Source: Acutalibacteraceae bacterium
GTDB taxonomy: Bacteria; Bacillota; Clostridia; Oscillospirales; Acutalibacteraceae
Direction of reading: 5' to 3'
Length of the DNA: 64,000 nucleotides
Assembly (NCBI GenBank): GCA_036307305.1
Contig: JAXJXV010000021.1
Span: 68,276 to 132,275 of the forward strand
Each line of letters opens with the position of its first letter. The stretch's first letter is position 1. Of the stretch, positions 1 through 7,643 are shown piece after piece. The translations under genes were made by a program, and so were the position numbers. The notes under the pieces are model-generated. The model did no database searches and was not told where the DNA came from. It saw only the letters and a program-made list of their open reading frames with translations.

Positions 1-387
1 GCCGATTTTATGAAGCGCAAAACCGAAGCCGAGCAAAAGCATATGGAACTGCAAAACAAAATTGCCGAGCTTGAAGCCGAGCAAAACAAAACCACACCCG
101 TTATCGACTACAAAGAAAAGCTTGAGGTTTTACGCTACGCATTAGAGCAATACACCGACTTTGATGCCGACGGCGATATCCCCGACAGCGTGGTTGAGGC
201 CTTTGTTGAGAAGATTGTGGTATCTAAAGAAGGCTATGATTGGTATCTGAGATTTGACGGCGACCCTAACGACCCGCTACACCTAAAAACAGAGGGAAAA
301 CGCCGCAAAAACACGGCTATCATCGACTCCAATAAGCAAACCGCTTGTGAACCCGTGCGCGACACAGGCTGCTATCAAGGAATCTAA
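1..387 (+). CDS. large serine recombinase, C-terminal fragment (5' end lies outside the window)
   Basis: The frame is open from base 1. LEVLRYALEQYTDFDADGDIPDSVVEAFVEKIVVSKEGYDWYLR aligns closely with the C-terminus of the recombinase ORF 15216..16439 (ITVLRYALEQYTNFDTDGDIPESVIEAFVEKIEVSKDCFKWYLR). Confidence 0.7.
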   Translation, partial: ADFMKRKTEAEQKHMELQNKIAELEAEQNKTTPVIDYKEKLEVLRYALEQYTDFDADGDIPDSVVEAFVEKIVVSKEGYDWYLRFDGDPNDPLHLKTEGKRRKNTAIIDSNKQTACEPVRDTGCYQGI

Positions 388-399
388 GTAATTAGATTT
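363..399. repeat. att-like site A, overlapping the stop codon of the truncated recombinase gene
   Basis: caggctgctatcaaggaatctaagtaattagattt matches 17894..17928 at 32 of 35 positions by hand alignment, including a 23-nt identical run, aaggaatctaagtaattagattt. Confidence 0.7.
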
Positions 400-443
400 T
401 TGTAGGGACAGGCGTCCTCGACTGTCCGTTATAAAACAAAACT

Positions 444-472
444 ATCCGCCCGAGAAATCGGGCGGATTTTTC
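444..472 (+). terminator. rho-independent terminator-like hairpin
   Basis: atccgcccga-gaaa-tcgggcggat followed by ttttt. The same stem arms recur at 17942..17967. Confidence 0.65.
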
Positions 473-527
473 TATATCTATTGCAATTTTTCTACAAATC
501 ACTATAACGAAAATTGGAGGTGTTTTT

Positions 528-893
528 ATGGATGATTGGAGATTAAACGGACAAGAAGAATATCTTTCCAATAAAACGCTTTACAAAATTATTTTTCCCG
601 ACTTTTGGAAAACTGCTTACGAAAACAGAAACGTTTTCTTCCAAAAAATCGAACAATATGCTAGAAAGCATATTGAAACTACCAATCGTGGACACGAGTT
701 TTTGGAAGGCGAAAAAATCCAACATTTTTGGCATGAGCATTGCGAATTCTGTTGGGAAAAGGCTTTAACCGATAAAGAATGCTCCTTTTACTGTACAGAA
801 GATATGCGGTATTGGGTATGTGAAGAGTGTTTTAACGATTTCAAAGAAAAGTTTAATTGGGAAGAAAAGTCGGTAGAAGAATTGCACTTATAA
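528..893 (+). CDS. hypothetical Cys/His-rich small protein (possible zinc-binding)
   Basis: 121-aa ORF with a GGAGG RBS (ttggaggtgtttttATG). Contains the cluster HEHCEFCW...CTEDMRYWVCEECF. No family recognised. Confidence 0.6.
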   Translation: MDDWRLNGQEEYLSNKTLYKIIFPDFWKTAYENRNVFFQKIEQYARKHIETTNRGHEFLEGEKIQHFWHEHCEFCWEKALTDKECSFYCTEDMRYWVCEECFNDFKEKFNWEEKSVEELHL

Positions 894-894
894 T

Positions 895-950
895 TTCCCT
901 CTTTTGCTGATAGTACCACAGGCTGCTATAAAGGAATTGAAGTAATCGGA
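895..950. repeat. att-like site B (diverged copy)
   Basis: gatagtaccacaggctgctataaaggaattgaagtaatcgga matches site C at 32 of 42 positions. The upstream tccctctttt tract is also shared with 17868..17880. Confidence 0.6.
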
Positions 951-1089
951 AAAATCCGAGCATTTCAGTTCCAATTAAATCGGGAAAATGCTGAAGATTT
1001 CATCAAAGCATTCCGCCCGAACCAGCGACTCCACTCCTTCGATGATATAACCGTTGAAGTGTGGATTTAGCTAGTAAATATAAGCATTT

Positions 1090-1125
1090 AGCCCACTATC
1101 GAAGAAATTCGGTAGTGGGCTTTTT
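1090..1125 (+). terminator. rho-independent terminator following a gene remnant
   Basis: gcccactatcgaa-gaaa-ttcggtagtgggc followed by ttttt. Confidence 0.6.
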
Positions 1126-1272
1126 GTGTGTTCGCACATTTGTTATAGCTCTGTTTTCTGCTAAAATGCACTCGTAAACAGATAAAGAAAGCGAGGTGCA
1201 AAATGCCGCAAAATCGGGATAGCTTTAAAGGGTGTAATTGAAAAAGTGTACCCGATCGGGACAGTCGAGATT

Positions 1273-1476
1273 ATGAATAAAATAGCTGAATTCGTAAAAA
1301 TGCAAAGAAAGACGGCTCATTTAAGCCGTGAAAGGTTTGCTGAACTATCAGGACTTGGTGTTCGCTTCATTAGAGAACTTGAAAGCGGTAAAGAAACGCT
1401 CCGTATGGATAAAGTCAACCAAGCCCTTGCTATGTTCGGTATGGAAGCCGTTCCCGGACGAAAGTGGGATGATTAA
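1273..1476 (+). CDS. XRE-family helix-turn-helix protein, HipB/Y4mF-like antitoxin type
   Basis: The HTH core is LSRERFAELSGLGVRFIRELESGKETLRMDKV. The in-frame ATG at 1273 is the preferred start. An overlapping ATG at 1469 opens only a 14-codon ORF where a HipA-like partner would be expected. Confidence 0.65.
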   Translation: MNKIAEFVKMQRKTAHLSRERFAELSGLGVRFIRELESGKETLRMDKVNQALAMFGMEAVPGRKWDD

Positions 1477-1592
1477 GAAAAAAATTAAGAGAGGAATAGC
1501 TTTTTCGGGTTGAAGCTTTATGACTTTAACTCATTGCGTTTTACTACAAATTATGTTATAATAATAAAAATAGAAATCAAGAGGAATGTTTT

Positions 1593-2315
1593 ATGGAAGA
1601 TAAAAAAGAGCTTCGATTTGATTCAAAACAAAAAATAGAGCATTATAAAAAAGTCAAAACTAGTCCGTGGCCATATTTAATGATAGTAGCGTTAGTGTTG
1701 TTATTTGATACAGTAATTCTATATCTTCGTTTTTCTGATTATTATGGAAATATAGATGGAACTGCTATTATTCTTACTGTTGTATTTTCATTGATTTTTA
1801 TTGCGTTCTTTGTTGCATATTGGAATATTACAATCGATATGCAAATCACAAAATATAAGAAGCTGGTAGTTGAAAAGGAAATTACAGAGATTCCGGAAAG
1901 TTTGGAGTTGGATATTGATAAGAATCTTATAAAATTAAGTTTTAAATATTTAGATCAGTATTATCTGCAAACACGTGAACATGCTCAAAAAGGTTTTGCG
2001 GTTACTATTGGAGTTTCAATAGTAGGTGCTTTTATCCTCGCTGGAGGAATAATCGCATTGTTTCTGGGTAAAACAAGTCCAGCATATGTCACTACCGCAA
2101 CTGGAATAATAACCGAGTTTATTTCTGCTATTTATTTTTATCTGTATAATAAAACAGTACAAGGAATGGGTTCATATCATAATAAACTAGTTCTTTCCCA
2201 AAACATTGCATTAGCTTTGAAATTGTCAAATTCGCTTGAAAATAAAAGCGATGAAGCAAAATTAAATATTATTAACGAACTTGTAAAGGATATTAATACA
2301 CATATAGAAAAATAG
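1593..2315 (+). CDS. membrane protein with about 4 TM helices; the C-terminal 2-TM module resembles, from memory, TRADD-N-associated membrane domains
   Basis: RBS is aagaggaatgttttATG. Hydrophobic helices are PYLMIVALVLLFDTVILYL, AIILTVVFSLIFIAFFVAYW, FAVTIGVSIVGAFILAGGIIALFLG and TTATGIITEFISAIYFYLY. Confidence 0.6.
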   Translation: MEDKKELRFDSKQKIEHYKKVKTSPWPYLMIVALVLLFDTVILYLRFSDYYGNIDGTAIILTVVFSLIFIAFFVAYWNITIDMQITKYKKLVVEKEITEIPESLELDIDKNLIKLSFKYLDQYYLQTREHAQKGFAVTIGVSIVGAFILAGGIIALFLGKTSPAYVTTATGIITEFISAIYFYLYNKTVQGMGSYHNKLVLSQNIALALKLSNSLENKSDEAKLNIINELVKDINTHIEK

Positions 2316-2321
2316 AATTTA

Positions 2322-2350
2322 GCCTATCGCAGAAATGCGGTAGGCATTTT
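2322..2350 (+). terminator. rho-independent terminator
   Basis: gcctatcgc-agaaat-gcggtaggc followed by atttt. Confidence 0.55.
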
Positions 2351-2429
2351 AAATGTGCGATTTTGAAATTCGTATAGTCGCAGTTTGTTTCTCCTTTTGC
2401 TAAACTTTGGGCATAAGGAGGTGCTGACT

Positions 2430-2729
2430 ATGACACGGTTTATAGAAGAATTTTATTACGGAAATATTGATCCGCAGGCACGTAGTACGAAGCAAAACAA
2501 GACGGTTCAAAAGCAAATGGAAGTGTTGATGAAGACGGAAGATCTGCTCACGAACACTCTGACTGATGAGCCGAAGAAATGGTTTCTTGATTTCTCGAAT
2601 GCGTGGAGTGTGGTCAATGGTGAATCCAATCTTGACAGTTTTATTATGGGATTTCGCCTCGGTGCTAACTTTGCTTGCGATGCTTTTATCTCAACCGAAA
2701 CACCATTCGAGGACTTGTTAAAGAAATAA
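2430..2729 (+). CDS. small conserved hypothetical protein of mobile elements
   Basis: An aaggagg RBS lies 8 nt before the ATG at 2430. The product starts MTRFIEEFYYGNIDPQ. The function is not recognised. Confidence 0.6.
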   Translation: MTRFIEEFYYGNIDPQARSTKQNKTVQKQMEVLMKTEDLLTNTLTDEPKKWFLDFSNAWSVVNGESNLDSFIMGFRLGANFACDAFISTETPFEDLLKK

Positions 2730-2962
2730 AATTAATTAAAAAAGCACAGCAGATAGAATAATAACTCTGTCCGCTGTGCTTGTTTTTATGTTCAAGAGAA
2801 AACATCTGTATTATCTTAGCGAGCAGACCGTTTGTACTCCTGTTGTCGCAAAACAGTACTCGTTAGGGACACCCTAATACCCGTCTGCAATTTTCAAAAT
2901 CGCACATTCGTAAAAACAAACCTCTTTTGGTACAATCAAAGCATCAAAGGAGGTTTTGCTAT

Positions 2963-3334
2963 ATGAAAACATTATTCGAACAACTCGGCGGCACCTACAC
3001 AATGCAAGGCGATTACTGCTTGCCGAATCTTCTTCCACCCAACGAAGAAGAACGTCCCATCGGCGTTTGGGGACAGCGCCGTTTGCACTACCTAAAGCAC
3101 CACCGCAAAGTCCTGTACTATAACCTGCTCACAGCCGGCAAGCTCCACTCCCACCTCTTAGACATCGAAGAACAAGCCCAAGAATTATTCAATCGCCTCA
3201 CCACCGGTCTCGCACAAAAGGAAGGCATCACCGAACAACTCAAAGCAACCGATCAAATGCAGTGGGTGCAGAAGATGAGCAACATCCGTGAGCGTGTAAC
3301 TGAAACTGTCTATTCAGATGTGGTGTACGTATGA
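2963..3334 (+). CDS. TnpV-like transposon-encoded protein (Tn4451-type accessory protein)
   Basis: aaaggagg RBS before the ATG at 2963. MKTLFEQLGGTYTMQGDYCLPNL...GVWGQRRLHYLKHHRK matches my recollection of the TnpV family. Confidence 0.55.
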   Translation: MKTLFEQLGGTYTMQGDYCLPNLLPPNEEERPIGVWGQRRLHYLKHHRKVLYYNLLTAGKLHSHLLDIEEQAQELFNRLTTGLAQKEGITEQLKATDQMQWVQKMSNIRERVTETVYSDVVYV

Positions 3335-3361
3335 GAAAACGGGAAATACATATTGATACAA

Positions 3362-3396
3362 ATAAACGGTTGAAGAAAAATCTTCAACCGTTTATT
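3362..3396. terminator. bidirectional terminator between convergent genes
   Basis: aaacggttgaaga-aaaa-tcttcaaccgttt, with A/T tracts on both sides. Confidence 0.75.
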
Positions 3397-3398
3397 TA

Positions 3399-4331
3399 TT
3401 ATATAATACTAAGTTTGGTAACGGAATTTGCTTCCAAAACATCTTTTGTTTCGTTATCTTGAAAAATTTTAAAACAAAGGTAACGAATTAGTAAAGACGT
3501 TTCATCTGCGGTGCTAATCTTGAAATCGCCCGAATCATCAAGCGGTATATGTAACATCTCGGCAACTTTCTTTCGACTACGTTTATCCTTGATTCTATTT
3601 ACTCTCTCTGTTTTCAGTGTAATAAAAGTGCGAGAAGACTTGTACTGTGTAGCAAGAGATTTAAATGTTTCAACATTGCTAAAGGCATTTGTATTTACAA
3701 TTTCATCGATGGCTTCATTTTTTACTTTTGCCATTGTTTTTTCAAGATTAAACAATGTTTCAAAAGTGTGATTAAATGTATACATTGCGCCGTTATACAC
3801 AATTAGGTCGACGGTTAAATACAAACGACAAACATCGTCAGTTATTAAATCGAGTTCGTCATTTGCTGTTGTAGAGAATACTACTGATTTTTTGTTACTG
3901 AGTTTAGTTATAGGGTTAGCCAGCTTTATAAACGTTACGGGATTATCTTCTTCGGTAGAAGGTTGTCCATACAGTATATAACCGTTAATTCTTCCTTCAA
4001 TCTTTTGGTCAGAAGAAGCAGCTACCGCACTATTAAACAATGACCACTGCTCGGATACTAACTCATCCGTTATTAGTAACTTATCGCAAGATACTTTGCT
4101 ATTCTCTCCATCATAACTTTGCACATTGCTTATGGGTTCGATTTGAAAGTTTTCCGTTGCATTTAATAAATTAGATGCATATTGTGAAAGATAAGTTCCA
4201 TTCTTGAAACGAACTTTACTCACTTTATAAGGTTGTTTGCCACGGTTATCTATCTTGAAGAAGTATAAAGACCAACTATAACTATGTTCTTTTAGTGAAG
4301 AACACATGCTTTTTAGTATTTCTTTGCTCAT
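3399..4331 (-). CDS. KwaB-like protein (candidate Kiwa component, DUF4868-like)
   Basis: 310-aa soluble protein whose start overlaps the stop of the upstream 4-TM gene by 4 nt. Size and gene pairing fit Kiwa. The domain assignment is from memory, not a search. Confidence 0.45.
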   Translation of the reverse strand: MSKEILKSMCSSLKEHSYSWSLYFFKIDNRGKQPYKVSKVRFKNGTYLSQYASNLLNATENFQIEPISNVQSYDGENSKVSCDKLLITDELVSEQWSLFNSAVAASSDQKIEGRINGYILYGQPSTEEDNPVTFIKLANPITKLSNKKSVVFSTTANDELDLITDDVCRLYLTVDLIVYNGAMYTFNHTFETLFNLEKTMAKVKNEAIDEIVNTNAFSNVETFKSLATQYKSSRTFITLKTERVNRIKDKRSRKKVAEMLHIPLDDSGDFKISTADETSLLIRYLCFKIFQDNETKDVLEANSVTKLSII

Positions 4332-4966
4332 TCCTTTTCACCTTTGCTTTCCGTAATGTATATATAATTATCGAAATCCCAATACGATACATTATTTTGT
4401 TCTTCTTGAGTGAGGTCATCTTTGCTTATGACAAGACTATCATGATAGGTATGTTTCTCTTCAAGGATAGTACATTCAAGGTCACAGATAAACATTCGAT
4501 ATCCTTTGAATTCCAAGAAGATATTTGTATAAATATTGTTATTTCTTATACACAGAAAAGCCAAAACTGCAAAATAAATCAAAAATAAAGATAGATTTTG
4601 AAGATCGCCAAAATCAAAAGCAATCATAGGCAAAATATACGCGAGCAAAAACTCTGAAGATAGCTTGTTTGCTTTTGTTGCTTTAAGGACGGTTGCTTTA
4701 GGATTATCATCAGAGGAGTTTAATTTTTTGAGGAAAGCATTTATTCCGCCTATACTGCAAAGAACTACAATAACTATTGCAATAATACTAATTACCTGAA
4801 TACAACCTTCGCTTAATGAAGTAACTATATTTTCTAAAGTTTTAACTTTTTCATCCCATTTATCCATTACGATTAAAACAAAATCCCATGTGTCTATAAC
4901 AATAATAGAAATCCATAGGGGGATAAAAGATGTAACAAACATATCCCATTTAAATTTTCTCCACAT
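4328..4966 (-). CDS. KwaA-like 4-TM membrane protein (candidate Kiwa component)
   Basis: 212 aa with RBS agaggtga. Four hydrophobic helices (FVTSFIPLWISIIVI, IQVISIIAIVIVVLCSIGGINAF, FLLAYILPMIAFDF, LSLFLIYFAVLAFLCI) are followed by a soluble tail of about 70 aa. Confidence 0.45.
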   Translation of the reverse strand: MWRKFKWDMFVTSFIPLWISIIVIDTWDFVLIVMDKWDEKVKTLENIVTSLSEGCIQVISIIAIVIVVLCSIGGINAFLKKLNSSDDNPKATVLKATKANKLSSEFLLAYILPMIAFDFGDLQNLSLFLIYFAVLAFLCIRNNNIYTNIFLEFKGYRMFICDLECTILEEKHTYHDSLVISKDDLTQEEQNNVSYWDFDNYIYITESKGEKE

Positions 4967-5130
4967 AAAACGCTCACCTCTTTTTTATGATTTAACAGAA
5001 ACTTTAATTATAGAAAGTAACGACCGCATATTGCCGTTAGTTTAACAACACAGCAGAACACTTTTTCTCTATTAAATAACTACACTATTTGTTGGATTAT
5101 AGCTTTGATTATATATGTTTTTCATGGTTT

Positions 5131-6390
5131 CTATTGCTTTTTTATTTCTCTTATTATCCATACTGCACCGAATATAACAAAGATGCCCATGACAATCCAA
5201 AAGGAAATATTGAACGGGAGTTTAAACTCGGTCTGTAATACTTGTAGAGTTTGAGCACTGCCAAACAATGCAAGTATGTATAGAAGGATATTTAGCAAGC
5301 GACCATTGTTACTGATTTTCCTATCTTGATAAATGTTTAGCGTCTTTAATTTGAAGTCAATTGCTTGTTTATATCTTGTAAATGAGTAGGTGTTTTTTAG
5401 ATTATCAATCATATTTAAAGTGATAATTGGAACATGACGCGGGTACAATTGACTTTCTGCATAAATTTGATGATCGACTATTTCATCTAGTTTATGGTGT
5501 ATTTCATAGTCTATTATCATTTTTAATAATATAAAAATCTTAAAACCTTCAAGAATCATACAATCATTAAGAATATGATGCTTTTCCATTCCGTTACTGA
5601 TATCAGTAACCACACCTAAATACTCTGTGGAATAAAAATTGAATGCGTCTGTTGCCGAAATGTTTTTCACATTAAAATCTTCAACTTTTCCTCCTAACAC
5701 GCATTGAAAATATTCCGTAATGTTCTCTAACTTATTAGATAAAACGAGAATGTTATGAACATAACTATAGTTTCCAACTTCCCATTTATTGTTTGATGAT
5801 TTTGTCAAAAAACCATATACATTTTTAAAAATGATATCAGATATCTTACGATGGTCTTCTGAAAACTCCGCTTCATTAAAATACTTTATTTTATCAATAG
5901 GTTTGATTCCGAAATTATTAGATCTTCCATAAATAGCTTTTGACTCTAATGGAATACCAGTCTTAAAATCGATTAATTCAAAATTTACAATTAATGAACC
6001 GCTCATTATAAATGCTACAGGATCAACTTGATATACCACCTCTCCAAACATAACAAGAAAACGTTCCAAATTAAAGCAAGTATTAATTTGGATAAGCGTA
6101 GGATCTAAGAGCGCATTTGCTGAATGTTGGAGATAAAGAGTGGTCATCATCTCGTCAGCAAACTTTGCATAAGTCTTGTTATATTCTTCAAAATTCTTTT
6201 CAAAGTGAAATGCTGTAACTTGATTAAGAGAGTTGTATTCAGCCGTGTAATGACATTTAGCATAGGGAGTAATATAGGTGTTGTTGTGGGAAAAACCTGC
6301 TATGTGGAACTGAGTCCAAAAATCTTTCTTTGCTTTTTTTCCGAATCGAAAATGATGTCGTTCTATTTTATGAATGTTATAAGCGGTCAT
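5131..6390 (-). CDS. hypothetical 419-aa protein with a soluble N-terminal region and a C-terminal two-helix membrane hairpin
   Basis: Long ORF in the AT-rich block. The C-terminus reads LLNILLYILALFGSAQTLQVL ... FNISFWIVMGIFVIFGAVWII REIKKQ. There is no recognisable catalytic motif. Its own SD is weak, but an upstream micro-ORF overlaps its start codon in an ATGA. Confidence 0.7.
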   Translation of the reverse strand: MTAYNIHKIERHHFRFGKKAKKDFWTQFHIAGFSHNNTYITPYAKCHYTAEYNSLNQVTAFHFEKNFEEYNKTYAKFADEMMTTLYLQHSANALLDPTLIQINTCFNLERFLVMFGEVVYQVDPVAFIMSGSLIVNFELIDFKTGIPLESKAIYGRSNNFGIKPIDKIKYFNEAEFSEDHRKISDIIFKNVYGFLTKSSNNKWEVGNYSYVHNILVLSNKLENITEYFQCVLGGKVEDFNVKNISATDAFNFYSTEYLGVVTDISNGMEKHHILNDCMILEGFKIFILLKMIIDYEIHHKLDEIVDHQIYAESQLYPRHVPIITLNMIDNLKNTYSFTRYKQAIDFKLKTLNIYQDRKISNNGRLLNILLYILALFGSAQTLQVLQTEFKLPFNISFWIVMGIFVIFGAVWIIREIKKQ

Positions 6391-6461
6391 AAATACAACG
6401 GTTTCTTTTCTGTATTTGTCTTCGGTTGAACATCGTGCTTTATTTTCTTATATTTAGCCAT
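6387..6461 (-). CDS. 24-codon lysine-rich micro-ORF (MAKYKKIKHDVQPKTNTEKKPLYL), translationally coupled to the 419-aa gene
   Basis: It is below the ORF-track length cutoff. A strong SD (ggggaggtg) lies about 8 nt upstream of the ATG at 6461. Its TGA stop (6389..6387) overlaps the ATG of the downstream gene (6390..6388). Confidence 0.4.
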   Translation of the reverse strand: MAKYKKIKHDVQPKTNTEKKPLYL

Positions 6462-6515
6462 TCTCCGCACCTCCCCAATTATTTGAATACAACAATTATC
6501 TTTCTCAAAGCCCGT

Positions 6516-7631
6516 TTAAAATACAAATTGACATGTTCCTCCGCCGAGCCAGTTTACCTTCTTTGATATGCCGCCTTTTTCTCCGGAAACAACTTGTTCC
6601 ATGCGTTTGATAACATAGTCGCAAGTTTTATATTCACTTTCAATGCCGATATAATTACGATTGAGTTTATGAGCTGCAGAAACAGTCGTGCCAGAACCCA
6701 AGAACGCATCCATAACGAGCTCATTTTCATTTGTAGCAATCTCGATTATTTGACCGATCAATGTTTCTGGTTTGGGCGTATCAAATATATCTTTGTCATA
6801 AATTTTTAATGCTTTCAAATGCGTTTTGGCATCTTTATTTGTGCCAACAAATGACGACAACCATAAAGTTTCTGGTACAACACCACGTGGTCTATCCTTT
6901 AAAAACTTTTTGGCACGGGGGACTCCGTTACCATCATTACCAAACCAAATGTTGCCTTGAGCAATTTCCTCAGTCATTTTTTCCTTATTATAGATCCAGC
7001 ATCTACCTTTTGGAGGAGTATGAATTTTTCCGTTCGGGGCAATTATCTCGTAAAACTGGCTTTCAACTGCATGCCCATCTTGGACGTTAACGGATACAGA
7101 TTGCCATGGCCCTCTAGGATCGTTATCTGGATTATGGTAGCGAGTCAACACATCTTCGGTGATCGGTAACAAATTTCGTTTTTTCTTGAATAATTCAGGA
7201 TTTGGAGAATAAACCAAAATGTACTCATGATTATTTGAGAATGCTTTTCTGTTTTCACGGGTGTTTCTTTGCTGCCATATTAACGTTGTTACAAAGGATT
7301 TTCTACCGAAAATAGTGTCACACAACACTTTTAAGTAGTGCATTTCACCATCGTCTATAGATATCCACAAACTCCCGTCATCCTTCAAAAAATCCTTAAG
7401 TTCTCGCAAAACTTGTTCCATCTGCTTCAACCAATTGTCATGGGATTGTACATCGGAATAATATGTATATTTCTCCCCGTTGTTATATGGTGGATCGATA
7501 TAGATACAGCTTACCTGTTTATCGTAAATTGCGTGAAGGCTCTTTAATACATCTATATTATCCCCGTTAAAAACAACATGAGGGTTCTTTGAGTATTCTC
7601 TTTTCCATGTTGAGAAATCTAAATTAATCAT
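6516..7631 (-). CDS. site-specific DNA methyltransferase, beta-class N6A/N4C (N6_N4_Mtase type, Mod-like)
   Basis: Motif IV IYIDPPYN lies N-terminal to motif I AFLGSGTTVSAAHKLNRNYIGIE. Confidence 0.85.
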   Translation of the reverse strand: MINLDFSTWKREYSKNPHVVFNGDNIDVLKSLHAIYDKQVSCIYIDPPYNNGEKYTYYSDVQSHDNWLKQMEQVLRELKDFLKDDGSLWISIDDGEMHYLKVLCDTIFGRKSFVTTLIWQQRNTRENRKAFSNNHEYILVYSPNPELFKKKRNLLPITEDVLTRYHNPDNDPRGPWQSVSVNVQDGHAVESQFYEIIAPNGKIHTPPKGRCWIYNKEKMTEEIAQGNIWFGNDGNGVPRAKKFLKDRPRGVVPETLWLSSFVGTNKDAKTHLKALKIYDKDIFDTPKPETLIGQIIEIATNENELVMDAFLGSGTTVSAAHKLNRNYIGIESEYKTCDYVIKRMEQVVSGEKGGISKKVNWLGGGTCQFVF

Positions 7632-7643
7632 AAAACTCTCCTA

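Noticed and set aside
3511-4588. Plus-strand ORFs 3511..3771 and 4295..4588, and the many short plus-strand ORFs across 6124..11544.
   Set aside because: They lie antisense to the long, well-coupled minus-strand genes of the AT-rich block. AT-rich DNA produces such Phe/Leu/Ile-rich shadow ORFs, and none has an RBS.
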